NCBI GenBank assembly: GCA_963668025.2
Contig: CAXXTH010000014.1
Location: 1-64,000 of the forward strand
DNA: 64,000 bases
Origin: Candidatus Hydrogenedentota bacterium
GTDB lineage: Bacteria > Hydrogenedentota > Hydrogenedentia > Hydrogenedentales > SLHB01
Direction of reading: 5' to 3'
The notes beneath the pieces are model-generated. The model saw only the letters and a program-made list of their open reading frames with translations. It was not told the origin of the DNA and searched no databases. Within the stretch, counting starts at the first letter, position 1, and each line of letters starts with the position of its first letter. Positions 37,482 through 48,412 of this stretch are shown one piece after another. Position numbers and translations under genes: made by a program.

Positions 37482-39006
37482 GGGCAGGGGGGTAAAGATG
37501 CGCCGGTCGATAGCGATGGGCACGCGGACAATCCGTCCGTGTTCGGGCTGGCATCCTTGGTTGCAGAGGTCTTGCTGGGTACAGGCGCTCCCGCGTGCCT
37601 TGGCTGGGCAACGGTATTTCAAGGTTCCCCGATCTTGCTCGAATCCTTGGTAGGCCATGGAATCATAGTTGTCGCGTTCGTTTGGGGCGCCGTTACGACA
37701 CCGGCAGAGGACTTCACCTCGTTCGGTATGGAAGATCGTGTCTACCCGTTCGGGATATAAAGGGCGGGGCCGTTCCGGTTCTTCTTTCCAGGTCGCCCGG
37801 ATGTCCACGATGGGCCGGATTTCATGTTCCTCGAAGAGGCCCTTGTTGTTGGCTTCGGAATCATAGCCCTTGTCGGCGCTGAGGTACTCGGCGCGTTGGA
37901 CGAGTTCGGGGTGGCGCGCGTCGAGAGCCGCCACGAGGGGCAGCAGAAAGGGCGAGTCGTTGGCGCTGGCTTTCGTGACCGCGTAGCCCAGCGGCAATTC
38001 ATATTTCGTGTCCACGATGAGGTGCAGCTTGTAGCCGAACCACCGTTTGACCTTCTCCCAGGGCGTGCCGTCCTTGTGAACGCCCTTGTAGGTTTTCGTG
38101 CCCCAGTCTGCGTCGCGGTCGCGCCGCCCGTCCGGCTCTTCGTTTTCCAGGACCGCGTCTTTGCGCGGAGGCTTGGCGTGGGTTTGGATGGCTTTCGAGT
38201 CTACGGCCAGACGCACCCCGAGATCCGGCAAGCGTTCCATCAGCCGGACGATGAGCGCGTCGAACATCCGGTCCACTTCTTTCCAGTGGCGCAGTAATCT
38301 GGCGAAGAACCGCGTGTACACCCATTCGGGCGGGACCGCCTTGGCGCCCCGCAACACGTCGAATCCGCACAACTGGCGCAATTGCCCGTTTCGGGCTAGT
38401 TCGCGGCGCAGGCTTTCGACGCCGTCGTGCTGGAAGACGATCCCCGCCAGTATGCTGTTCCACATCGCGCGGATAGGATAATCGTCGCGCCGCCCCTTGC
38501 GTTCGGCTTCCATCGCCCGCATCAAATCTTCATCCGGCAGCGCCGCCAGCAACAGGTTCAGCCGATCCAGATCCGACGCCGCGTCGACCTGGTTCCACGA
38601 GAACAACCCCATTTGGTGTATAATGGCCATCGCAAACGTCTCCTTGGTGTGTGCGTGGTTATGTGGTCAACTATACTACAATCACACACGGGAGACGTTA
38701 CGCCTTTTCCCGCTCGCCGAGGGCATTTGGGGTGATTTTTCACAAAAAATCCTTATTCATGCCCCCGCCAAGCCCCTTTCCCCGCATTCTCCGGGGTAGG
38801 CGCCAATTCCGCCGCTTTGTAAACCCTTGTCAATACGGATTTTCTTTATTTCGCAAATGCCTCGGCTACATTGATCGCATGAAGAAATGAGGAAACGAGG
38901 AAACCGCAACGAGGAAACCGCAAAGATGAAGCAGAAACCGAAAAAAATGTATAATACCCACTTTATATATTGTTTATTGCACGAGTTATTCAAGGGATGC
39001 ATCTGA

Positions 39007-40818
39007 ATGAGCGAAGAAGGTTCTGTCGGCATCGTCGAGACGAAGTATTTCACCTTCGCCGAACCGCCGAATGAGATGATATTAGATTGCGGGCGCACGC
39101 TGGGGCCGATCACGCTGGCGTACGAGACCTACGGTGTGTTGAACGCCCAGCGCTCGAACGCGATATTGCTGCTGCACGCCCTCTCGGGCGATTCGCATGT
39201 GGCGGGATATTATGCGTCCGATGAACGCAAGCCCGGCTGGTGGGACAATATGGTGGGGCCGGGGAAGGGCTTCGACACCAATAAGTATTTCGTGATCTGC
39301 TCGAATGTCCTGGGCGGCTGCCAGGGTTCCACAGGCCCGAACGCAATCAATCCAGAAACCGGCAAGCCGTACGGGCTCACCTTCCCCATCATCACCATCG
39401 GCGATATGGTGCGCGCCCAGAAACATCTGATTGATTATCTGGGCATTGAAGCGCTGATGTGTGTGGCGGGCGGTTCGATGGGGGGGATGCAGGCCCTCGA
39501 ATGGATGGCGCGCTTTCCCGAACGCCTGCGCTCCGCCATTGTCATCGCCTCGACGCCGGTTCAAGCAGCGCAATCCATCGCGTTCGACGCCGTGGCGCGG
39601 CACGCCATCCAGGCGGACCCCGCGTTTAACAATGGCGATTATTATGACGGCGAAGGGCCGGACGCTGGCCTATCCATCGCGCGCATGCTCGGCCACATTA
39701 CCTACTTGTCCGCTGAATCCATGCGTACAAAATTCGGCCGCGCCCTGCGCAATACGAACGATTACAGCTACGACTTCAGCAGCGAGTTCAGCGTCGAGAC
39801 GTATCTGGATTACCAAGGCGAACAGTTCGTCAACCGCTTCGATGCGAACACCTATCTATATATCACCAAAGCCATCGATTATTTCGACGTAACCGCCCCA
39901 TACGGCTCGCTGGATAACACCATGGCCCGCATGCAAGGCAAGACCATGGTGCTCTCGTACACCAGCGATTGGCTGTATCCGCCCTACCAATCCCAGAGCA
40001 TCGTGAACGCGCTTATGCGCCAGCGCAAAGACGCCACCTATTGCAATGTGCAATCCAATTACGGACATGACGCCTTCCTGCTTGAAGTGGAAGTCATGCG
40101 CAAACTGGTCGGCGGCTTTCTTGAGCATGTCCATGATCCGGAAAAAATCCGGCGGCCCGGCCCTGTCCAGGTGGACTCGGAAGCGGATTTCGGCCCGCCA
40201 CCCCTGGAGTCAAACAGCATTTACGAAGGCCACCGGGTGGACTACGAGATGATTGTCAACCTGGTGGACCCCGGCAGCCGCGTGCTGGATATCGGCTGTG
40301 GCGATGGAGAACTGCTCGAACAGCTTATCTGCCGCAAGAACGTCGATGGCATGGGGCTTGAATTGTCGCAAGGCAATATCATCACCTGTGTGCGCCGGGG
40401 CGTCTCGGTTGTTCAAGCGGATATTGATGAGGGGCTAAGCGCGTTGCCAGACCAAAGCTACGATTATGTCATCTTGAGCATGACCCTCCAAGTCATCCAA
40501 AAGCCGGAATTGGTCATTAGCGAGATGCTGCGGGTAGGGAAACGCTGCATTATCAGCTTTCCCAATTTCGGGTATTGGAAAGTGCGCCTGAAAACCCTGC
40601 TCGGGAAAGCCCCCGTGACGCGCAATTTGCCCTATTCCTGGTATGTGACGCCCAACCGGAGCGTGCTCTCGATACGGGATTTCGAGGAATTCTGCGACAG
40701 CCATGGCGTCCGCATTCTCCAGAAGATGCCGCTGGGTTCGGCGGGCTTCGCCTTCACAACGCGGCTTTGGCCGAACCTGTTCGCGGACGAAGCGGTGTTT
40801 GTGATCAGTGCGGAATAA
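39007..40818 (+). CDS. metX: Homoserine O-acetyltransferase fused to a MetW-type methyltransferase domain
   Basis: HALSGD, WWDNMVGPG, GGSMGG, RFDANTY, GHDAFL; then VLDIGCGDG, DYVILS.TLQ, ISFPNFGYW, LPYSWY.TPN (MetW). Confidence 0.95.
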   Translation: MSEEGSVGIVETKYFTFAEPPNEMILDCGRTLGPITLAYETYGVLNAQRSNAILLLHALSGDSHVAGYYASDERKPGWWDNMVGPGKGFDTNKYFVICSNVLGGCQGSTGPNAINPETGKPYGLTFPIITIGDMVRAQKHLIDYLGIEALMCVAGGSMGGMQALEWMARFPERLRSAIVIASTPVQAAQSIAFDAVARHAIQADPAFNNGDYYDGEGPDAGLSIARMLGHITYLSAESMRTKFGRALRNTNDYSYDFSSEFSVETYLDYQGEQFVNRFDANTYLYITKAIDYFDVTAPYGSLDNTMARMQGKTMVLSYTSDWLYPPYQSQSIVNALMRQRKDATYCNVQSNYGHDAFLLEVEVMRKLVGGFLEHVHDPEKIRRPGPVQVDSEADFGPPPLESNSIYEGHRVDYEMIVNLVDPGSRVLDIGCGDGELLEQLICRKNVDGMGLELSQGNIITCVRRGVSVVQADIDEGLSALPDQSYDYVILSMTLQVIQKPELVISEMLRVGKRCIISFPNFGYWKVRLKTLLGKAPVTRNLPYSWYVTPNRSVLSIRDFEEFCDSHGVRILQKMPLGSAGFAFTTRLWPNLFADEAVFVISAE

Positions 40819-40930
40819 ACCGCGCCTCTAAAGTATAAAAACAATCCAAAAACGCGGCTAATACTGCCCTAACATTCTTACGCCATCCTATCTCCAAGGG
40901 AAAGGGGAGAAACCGGCGAAAGGTGTAGTC

Positions 40931-42745
40931 ATGGCATTCGCGGTCGCGGAATCGGATGTGGTGAGAGCAACGCGGGCGGACTTGGCGCATATCATCGCGG
41001 AACGCCGCATCACCACCTATTTTCAGCCCATCATCGATTTATTCTTCGGGGAAGTTTACAGCTATGAAGCCCTTTCCCGTGCGGAGCCGCCATTCGAGTG
41101 CGCCACGGATTTGTTCACGAAAGCCCGGGAGTGGGGGCTGTCATGGGAACTCGAGGCGGCGTGCCGTTCCGTAGCGTTGGATACGATATCCAGCACTGCT
41201 CACCAGCCGCGCGCCCGGCGTTTCTTCATTAATGTTAGCCCATCGATCTTCACGGATCCCCGTTTCCGTCCCGATTTTGCCGCCATGGATCTGCGCGGCC
41301 GGGGGATAGACCAGCGGCAAATCGTCTTCGAGATCACTGAATCGAGCTGCATCGCTGATTACGCCCATTTCGAGCAGCTTGTCCGCCATTACGTGGATCA
41401 AGGCATCCATATCGCACTGGATGATTTTGGCGCGGGCCATAGCAGCATGGTCATGCTCATGGCAGCCTGCCCCCAATTCGTCAAGCTCGACCGGGCGCTT
41501 GTCGCCAATATCCACAAAGATGCGTATAAACAAAATCTGGTCAAAGCCCTGTTGTCGTTTATGTCGAGCGTCGAGAGCAAGCTGGTCGCGGAAGGCGTCG
41601 AAAAGATAGAGGAACTCGAGGCGTTGCTGCGCCTGGGAGTCCGATACGCCCAAGGGTATCTATTCGCACGGCCTGCGCCTGAACTGAGTGAACTCCGTGA
41701 AGATATCCGCAGAGATATCAAAGGCTTGATGCGCCGGTTCCATTACCCGAAGATTTCACTGTCCACCCAGGTGTCATCCATTGTGCTGCGCCCCCCGGTC
41801 TTTGAAGTCCGCACCACCACCTGCGAGGAATTGGATTACTTTTTCCGGCGGAACCCTTCGGCGGATCATGTGCTTGTTCTTGATCAGGGGAAACCGTGCG
41901 GCCTGGTGCCCAAACAGCATTTTTACAGCATCGCGGGCGGACGTTATGGTTTCCAGCTTATCCAAAAGAAATACATCGAAACCGTCGCCGTCACCAAACA
42001 CGAGCCGCTCGTGGTCGAGGAAGGCATGGATATCATGGTCCTTGGCCGGCTCGCCATGGAGCGCGGACAGGATGACCTTTACGACCCCGTCATCGTCACG
42101 GACACCGAGGGCGTAATAGTCGGAACCATCACCATGAAACAGCTCCTGACGCAATCCATCCGCACCGAAGTGCAGCTTGCCGCCAGCGCCAATCCCTTAA
42201 CGGGCCTTCCGGGAAACACCATGATCCAGTCCTGGCTTCAAGAGGTGCTGCAAACAAATGCCTTCTGGATCATTTACGGCGACCTGGACCACTTCAAGGA
42301 ATTCAATGACTCATATGGCTTTCCCCAGGGGGATCAAATGATCAAGCTGGCGGCCAAGGTGCTCACCGAACAATGCCCCAAACTCTCCATGGATGCGCGG
42401 CTGGGCCATGTGGGCGGCGATGACTTCATCATTGTGACGCAAGGAAATATCGATGTGATGGCGCTGCAATCCATTTGCAGCGAATTCGACCGGCAAAAAA
42501 TCCACCTGTTCAACGTGCAGGATGTGGAATCTGGTTCCTATAAGGCCGTCAGCCGCACAGGCGAGACTATTTCCGTTCCTTTAGTGACGCTCAGCCTGGC
42601 GGTCATCAGCAGTGAAAACCTAGAAGGGCCCATATATCCGGGCAAGTTCGGCCAGATTGCCGCTTCCCTCAAAAAGAAAATTAAGACGCTCAACGCCGCC
42701 ACCCGGCAGAGCGGTTTTCTTATCGAGCGCCGCCATAACCCGTGA
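40931..42745 (+). CDS. EAL-CBS-GGDEF c-di-GMP turnover protein
   Basis: YEALSR, ALDDFGAG, VAEGVE, QGYLF; NPLTGLPGN, DLDHFKEFND.YG, GGDDF. Confidence 0.93.
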   Translation: MAFAVAESDVVRATRADLAHIIAERRITTYFQPIIDLFFGEVYSYEALSRAEPPFECATDLFTKAREWGLSWELEAACRSVALDTISSTAHQPRARRFFINVSPSIFTDPRFRPDFAAMDLRGRGIDQRQIVFEITESSCIADYAHFEQLVRHYVDQGIHIALDDFGAGHSSMVMLMAACPQFVKLDRALVANIHKDAYKQNLVKALLSFMSSVESKLVAEGVEKIEELEALLRLGVRYAQGYLFARPAPELSELREDIRRDIKGLMRRFHYPKISLSTQVSSIVLRPPVFEVRTTTCEELDYFFRRNPSADHVLVLDQGKPCGLVPKQHFYSIAGGRYGFQLIQKKYIETVAVTKHEPLVVEEGMDIMVLGRLAMERGQDDLYDPVIVTDTEGVIVGTITMKQLLTQSIRTEVQLAASANPLTGLPGNTMIQSWLQEVLQTNAFWIIYGDLDHFKEFNDSYGFPQGDQMIKLAAKVLTEQCPKLSMDARLGHVGGDDFIIVTQGNIDVMALQSICSEFDRQKIHLFNVQDVESGSYKAVSRTGETISVPLVTLSLAVISSENLEGPIYPGKFGQIAASLKKKIKTLNAATRQSGFLIERRHNP

Positions 42746-42782
42746 ACATATCATGAGCGCGGCGTTCCTCGATACAAATCAA

Positions 42783-42815
42783 GCCCGAGAGAAGGAACCT
42801 TTCATTCTCTCGGGC
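42783..42815. terminator. Hairpin between convergent genes
   Basis: gcccgagagaa...ttctctcgggc, 11-bp stem. Confidence 0.6.
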
Positions 42816-42866
42816 ATGTAGTGTGCGAATGAACCATGTGACGCCCAACCGGAGCGTCTGCTCGAT

Positions 42867-45362
42867 TTACGGAGCCGCTGTTAACGCGGCTTCGATAGCG
42901 CGCGGTTTTTCCTTCTGGCAAACTTTCAGCAAGGCCAAACCATACGGATTGCGCTGCCAGCCTTCTTCCACGGACTCCAGGTCTTCCACTTGCGGCAACG
43001 CCTGTCCATCAACCGTTATTTGCGCCGTGGGCGGCAAATCCGTTACGACCGCACGTACGTGGGTGCAGGCCGGGTCGTCGAGAGTGAAGCGTAGCATGCC
43101 ACCGGAAATGGCGGCGTCTCCGGCGCATTTGGAACTGGTGATGTGGAATCTAGCGTTTTCATTGCGGACGATAGTCGTATCCCAGTCCGCGACATCAAAA
43201 TTCGTCAAAAACATCGTTTCCATCAACGCGGCTGGGGAGAACGCAGGCCCGCTGGGCATCCATCGCTCGGTGCTGAAGGCATCAGGGAAATAACCCGCGT
43301 ATGGCTTTTTGTCAAATGCCTGCCACATCGCACTAGAAATCAATCCATCGCTGACCGTTTTCCAGGGGAAAGAGGTGTCATACTTGGCTAATCGAGCGAG
43401 GTCTTCGGCATACTCGAAGCCAATCCATTGCACTAGTACTCCGTACCAGGGGAACATATATTGGCTCGAGCCGTATCCATATAACGCCCCGTAGAGCATG
43501 GGATCCCGCTTGGTGTTTTTATATAGGTCTTTGCCCTTCAAGAAGAATTTTTTCTCAGCGTGTATATGGCCGGTTTCGACTTCCCGCGGGCCAAAACTCC
43601 ACATATATACAAAAGGCAGTCCTGTTTTCGCCCACCGCTTGGCTTGTTCAAGATAAGTGGGATTTTCCGTAATTCGGTATGCAAGCAGGCAGGCGCGCAT
43701 GCCGCAGTAAGAACCATGCAGCGACGGCGCCTGCGGGCATTCGTCGTTGTCATACACATAGGGCACCGTATACCGGTTCATGTCTTCGATGCCGCGCAGT
43801 CCAGCAGCGAGCGCCGCCGGATCATTCGCCAGCAGCGCATATTCGAGCACCTCACTGGCCCGTCGTGCGGAGATGCCCTGCGAACGTTCTCCATCTTTTA
43901 CGATGTAGGGAGGATTGGGAGGAGCCATCAGCCAAAACAATCCCAACTCGGCGTCCTTCGTTTGATTATGCACCCATGAACCGTCTTCCTTCTGTGAGTC
44001 AATCAGCGTATGGGCGAATGAGTGATTCGCTTCCATGGCGCGCGCGAGATTGCCCCACCGGAACGACAACGGCAAGTAGGCCGCGTCTTTAGCGACAACT
44101 TGAATGCGTTCAATCGTGCGTTCCGCAAGCTTCTTGTCTTCGATGAATGGAAGTGCTTTGGCCAGCGCCGAAGCTACACCAGCATTGTAGGAGGGTTTGC
44201 CATCGTAATCCCAAAACCACCCATCGCCTTTCTTATTCCAGGAATCATCCACGAGTATCCGGGCGTGTTCATTAATCTGTTCCAAGTAGGAATAGGGAGT
44301 CTTCGATGGAGCCGGCAAACCGCCGCGCCGTTGGAGCCACAAATCCACGGCATCCGCCGACGAAGAAGCCGGAGCCGCGAACAAGGCCGACTCGAGGCGC
44401 ATGGTTTCACCCGCCTTGAGCGTGACTGGCGTATGCGCGGACATGCTGTTCTCGGCTACATAATCCGGCACACTAGGCAGGAAAAGCCCCATAAGATGAT
44501 TGGGCTGGTCTTCAAGCCAGTTCGGTGAAGCAAATAGCGCGCTCGGGCAGGTATGGGATCCGAGCCATGGCTTCATCGGATCCCACATGAGGCCGGCCAC
44601 GCATCCTTCATTATAAATCGCCATCAAAGGTATCGTGATCTTAGCGGGTGGAGGTACTAAATTGATACGAACTTCCGGGGCCAAAGCGGCCATGTGGCTC
44701 GACCGTTCTCCCTTCTGCAAATACTCGATGCCTGGGAAAAGCGCCTCATCCATCGCATCGCCAAACGAGCCTTCTCCTACATGCAGCCGGGGCCCGTCGA
44801 ACAAGAACACATCGCGCTCGGTGTCTACTTTCATCGTATAGGTGGTTTCAACAAAAGGCGAGCCGGGGCGGACTTCAAAGGAAGCTTCAAAGAACCAGGA
44901 ACCGCGATCAAGGTCGGTCAGGGTTTCCTTGAACACGACCCGGGCCTTCTCGTTATCTTGTGACACTTCGGCGCTTCGAGGAATCACATAATGATGAAAA
45001 TGGCGGCCCCAGCCGGAACGGTAGGTAAACGCCGAGAAGTAGGGGGAAACAGCCATCTGCACCCATTGCCCATCCTTGCACATCTCCAGAATGTACCCAG
45101 TGTAGCCATTCGGGAATTGCTCAAAACGGGCCGTTTCCCAGGGAAACCGGACTCGAACAGTATCGTTGCCCAATACAACCTCATGAGTAGTCGGATCTTT
45201 TGTTGCCGTAAGCATTTTACCGGACTCCTCCGCGCTGGCGGCAATGGAAGAAACAGCAAGGTATAATGCCATTCCAGCCAGCGCCATACTGGAAAGACAA
45301 CGCAACCATTTGAGCTTGTTTGTGACCGGTTTTAAGAACATGGTGACAGTTCTCCTCTTCAA
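42867..45362 (-). CDS. Secreted hypothetical protein (beta-sandwich plus probable alpha/alpha-barrel, glycosidase-like)
   Basis: 831-aa ORF with a signal peptide, rich in aromatic residues. SQKEDGSW and ENPTYLEQAKRW are alpha/alpha-toroid-like motifs. Confidence 0.6.
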   Translation of the reverse strand: MKRRTVTMFLKPVTNKLKWLRCLSSMALAGMALYLAVSSIAASAEESGKMLTATKDPTTHEVVLGNDTVRVRFPWETARFEQFPNGYTGYILEMCKDGQWVQMAVSPYFSAFTYRSGWGRHFHHYVIPRSAEVSQDNEKARVVFKETLTDLDRGSWFFEASFEVRPGSPFVETTYTMKVDTERDVFLFDGPRLHVGEGSFGDAMDEALFPGIEYLQKGERSSHMAALAPEVRINLVPPPAKITIPLMAIYNEGCVAGLMWDPMKPWLGSHTCPSALFASPNWLEDQPNHLMGLFLPSVPDYVAENSMSAHTPVTLKAGETMRLESALFAAPASSSADAVDLWLQRRGGLPAPSKTPYSYLEQINEHARILVDDSWNKKGDGWFWDYDGKPSYNAGVASALAKALPFIEDKKLAERTIERIQVVAKDAAYLPLSFRWGNLARAMEANHSFAHTLIDSQKEDGSWVHNQTKDAELGLFWLMAPPNPPYIVKDGERSQGISARRASEVLEYALLANDPAALAAGLRGIEDMNRYTVPYVYDNDECPQAPSLHGSYCGMRACLLAYRITENPTYLEQAKRWAKTGLPFVYMWSFGPREVETGHIHAEKKFFLKGKDLYKNTKRDPMLYGALYGYGSSQYMFPWYGVLVQWIGFEYAEDLARLAKYDTSFPWKTVSDGLISSAMWQAFDKKPYAGYFPDAFSTERWMPSGPAFSPAALMETMFLTNFDVADWDTTIVRNENARFHITSSKCAGDAAISGGMLRFTLDDPACTHVRAVVTDLPPTAQITVDGQALPQVEDLESVEEGWQRNPYGLALLKVCQKEKPRAIEAALTAAP

Positions 45363-45721
45363 TCGTGGTTAAAAAAACTTTTGACGGACAAACGGCCTTT
45401 TCTCATGCAATCACTGGCTTGCATCGGTTTCCCAGCTTTGAGATGGACAGTATCAGGCTCTCCCTCATTATTTGGCAGGTAAAAAACACGAGGCATGTAT
45501 TGACAGGCTTCGTGCGCGACGCCGCAAGCTCATTTATGCGTATTCTTGATTTAAGCTACATGTTTATGCGTCTTTTGTCAAGTGTGAATTCATATCCTAA
45601 CGGCTATGAGGGCCTTGATGATGTGGATGCAGCGGGATCTAGCGGTCCAGCAAAATGCTATGGTTTCGCCGTCTTCGGAAAACCCATGGAAAAGGCCCGT
45701 TGGTGTGGCTGCACCTAGTTA

Positions 45722-46609
45722 CTATCGCGGCGGGAATAGAGGTTCGACAAAGCGTCGAAGCCCATCGACGTATTTCGAGCCAGAGAGCAGGAATCCTTCA
45801 TTGTGCCCGCCTTCTATTTCCAAAAATGTTTTGGGCGGGCGGGCCAATTCATACAGTTTTTCGCCATGTGCAAATGGGACTATTTCGTCGTTCCGGCTAT
45901 GGACCACCAAGACGGGCGCAGTGATGCGATTTATCTTCATGTCACTCTCAAAACGGTGGCGCAATAGCAGGCCGATGGGGAGGAAGGGGTATAGTTCTTT
46001 TCCCATGCGAACCGTCGAGATGAAGGTGCTCTCTAAAATCACTGCGCCAGGATTCACCTTGCTGGCCAGATCACACGCCACGCCGCCGCCCAGCGAGCGC
46101 CCGAACAGCAGTATGCGTTCCGGCGCAATCCCGCGCTGGCGCACCAAAAAATCCCACATAGCCATCGCGTCGGCATAACAACGCGCTTCCGAAGGGCTGC
46201 CCGTGCTATAACCATAACCGCCATAATCATAAACCAGCACATCAAATCCCAGTTCCCGGAAAATGCCGATGGATTCCATCCGGTCCGCGATGGCGCCCGC
46301 ATTGCCGTGCGAAAAGAGCAGGACCCCGCGCGCATGTGGCGCGGGAATGAACCATCCGAAGGTCTCATATGCACCCACTGGCAGACGGACTTCCTCGAAA
46401 TCCCAATTCATGGCCTCCGGGCTGGTCCAGACATTCCGGCCAGCAGGAAACACCACAAAACCTTGGGCAAAATAGAGCAATACGAGGAGGGAAGCATAGA
46501 GTAGCGCTGTTATGGATAGCAGTACATACAGGCAGGTCAAAACCTTGATTCGCTTTCTTCCCTTTTCATGCCGCATGGCGTTCATTTTCGCTTGCGTTGC
46601 GTACGTCAT
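45722..46609 (-). CDS. Alpha/beta hydrolase (ABHD13/17-like)
   Basis: N-terminal TM, HGNAG, DYGGYG.S.G.PSE, GRSLGG, HSRNDEIVP, GGHN. Confidence 0.92.
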   Translation of the reverse strand: MTYATQAKMNAMRHEKGRKRIKVLTCLYVLLSITALLYASLLVLLYFAQGFVVFPAGRNVWTSPEAMNWDFEEVRLPVGAYETFGWFIPAPHARGVLLFSHGNAGAIADRMESIGIFRELGFDVLVYDYGGYGYSTGSPSEARCYADAMAMWDFLVRQRGIAPERILLFGRSLGGGVACDLASKVNPGAVILESTFISTVRMGKELYPFLPIGLLLRHRFESDMKINRITAPVLVVHSRNDEIVPFAHGEKLYELARPPKTFLEIEGGHNEGFLLSGSKYVDGLRRFVEPLFPPR

Positions 46610-46664
46610 GCGCTAGTGTATAATGATTTTTTTTCAGGGGCAAGCATATAGGAGGGAAACCAAT

Positions 46665-48023
46665 ATGCACGATTACTCGATAACACTCAACACCAAAGAC
46701 ATGCCGGATGCATGGTACAACGTCGTTTCAGACATGCCGCAGCCGATGGACCCGCCACTGCATCCCGTCACGCACCTGCCTGCGGGGCCGGATGATCTGG
46801 CGGCCATTTTCCCGCCGAGCCTTATCGAGCAGGAAATGACAACAAAGCCGTGGGTGTCCATACCCGGCGAGGTGATGGACATATACCGCCTATGGCGGCC
46901 CACGCCGCTCCGCCGGGCGTACCGTCTCGAACAGGCGTTAGGAACGCCCGCGAAAATCTTTTACAAAAATGAGAGCGTGAGCCCCTCGGGCAGCCACAAG
47001 ATTAATACTTCGGTTGCGCAAGCCTACTACAACAAACTAGATGGTGTAAATGAATTATGCACCGAGACCGGCGCGGGACAGTGGGGAACGGCCTTGTCCA
47101 TCGCATGCAGCATGCTGGACATGAAATGCAGCGTATATATGGTCCGCATCAGTTTTACGCAGAAACCATACCGGCGCGTACTCATGGAGACCTTCGGCGC
47201 GTCCGTATATCCAAGCCCGAGCGACCGCACGGACGCAGGCGCTTCCTTTTTGGCGCAGGATGCCGAGACCACCGGCAGCTTGGGCATGGCCATCTCGGAA
47301 GCCGTCGAGGTGGCTGCGAAGAGCGGCGGGCGGATCAAGTATAGCCTGGGCAGCGTGCTGAATCATGTGTGCATGCACCAGACCATCATCGGCCTTGAGG
47401 CGCGCAAGCAGCTCGAAAGCGTGGGCGAATACCCCGATGTGGTCATTGGCTGTTGCGGCGGCGGCTCGAATTACGCGGGGATTGCCTTCCCCTTCGTGCC
47501 CGACAAGACAAAAGGCGGAAAGAACATCGACTTCATCGCCGTCGAACCCACGGCCTGCCCGACCTTGACGCGCGGCCTCTACGCGTATGATTTCGGCGAT
47601 ACGGCATGCACCACGCCGTTGTTGAAGCAATACACCCTTGGCCACAGCTTCGTCCCACCGGGCATCCATGCGGGCGGATTACGCTATCATGGCGTGGCCC
47701 AAACCGTGGCGGCCCTCACCAAACAGGGCGTCATGCGCGCCTTGGCGTGCCACCAAAACCCGGTCTTCGAAGCCCTCATGCTCTTCGCCAAGACCGAAGG
47801 CATCGTGGCCGCGCCCGAGTCGGGCCATGCCATCCGCGTCGCCATCGACGAAGCCCTCAAGGCCAAGGAAGCCGGCGAGCCGCGCACCATCCTGTTCAAT
47901 CTGAGCGGCCATGGCCATTTTGACATGACAGCGTACCAGGCCTACTTGAACAACCAGCTTGAAGATTTCGACCTGCCCCAATCGATCATCGACCGGGCGG
48001 AGGAATGCATTCCGAAAGTGTGA
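46665..48023 (+). CDS. trpB2: TrpB-like PLP enzyme (TrpB2)
   Basis: [62 protein letters not shown]. Confidence 0.95.
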   Translation: MHDYSITLNTKDMPDAWYNVVSDMPQPMDPPLHPVTHLPAGPDDLAAIFPPSLIEQEMTTKPWVSIPGEVMDIYRLWRPTPLRRAYRLEQALGTPAKIFYKNESVSPSGSHKINTSVAQAYYNKLDGVNELCTETGAGQWGTALSIACSMLDMKCSVYMVRISFTQKPYRRVLMETFGASVYPSPSDRTDAGASFLAQDAETTGSLGMAISEAVEVAAKSGGRIKYSLGSVLNHVCMHQTIIGLEARKQLESVGEYPDVVIGCCGGGSNYAGIAFPFVPDKTKGGKNIDFIAVEPTACPTLTRGLYAYDFGDTACTTPLLKQYTLGHSFVPPGIHAGGLRYHGVAQTVAALTKQGVMRALACHQNPVFEALMLFAKTEGIVAAPESGHAIRVAIDEALKAKEAGEPRTILFNLSGHGHFDMTAYQAYLNNQLEDFDLPQSIIDRAEECIPKV

Positions 48024-48412
48024 TAAATATACGCCACGGGAAGCACAGAGGGCGCAGCGGCGTATGTTCTTCTTTCAGGGGGGAAGGTTATGTGTTCTAC
48101 AACCTTCCTCCTTTTTATGTATCTTGCCTATCCGGCGATTCGGAGAATCATGCAACAAATCCGAACCCGTCAGTTTATTCCCTATGGTAAATTGCGACAT
48201 GATCTCCAAATTCACCGACTATGGCAGCGGGAGAGAGTATATAGACCCCATACTCTCCCATTTTACCTTAATATGCTTCAATACTGCCTCCCAAGTTGAT
48301 GAGGGCTTGTGCCGAGAAACAGATGAGCAGTACCAGGCAATAAACAGAAATCACCTTCTTATCTCTTCTTCTCCTCATTATCGTTGTTGATATCTGGAAC
48401 CATCTCGTTTTT

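Larger units (their letters stand above)
35891..38630 (-). pseudogene. Transposase of the outer IS, split by the inner IS
   Basis: N-terminal part 37482-38630 (AVDSK, WFGYKLHLIVD, ADKGYD) continues in frame after excision as PRSAKSWRREYKHRTAIERVNSRLD...QPRAA* (stop at 35891). Confidence 0.92.
35685..38863 (-). mobile_element. Outer IS (IS1182/IS5-like), interrupted by a nested IS
   Basis: 17-bp TIR gaggcatttgcgaaata / tatttcgcaaatgcctc. 5-bp target duplication ggcta at 35680-35684 and 38864-38868. Confidence 0.93.

Noticed and set aside
38869-39006. SAM riboswitch before metX
   Set aside because: No SAM-I core (ATC..GAG...GA.GG...GCAACC). Only short gaggaaac(cgcaa) repeats and AT-rich promoter-like DNA are present.
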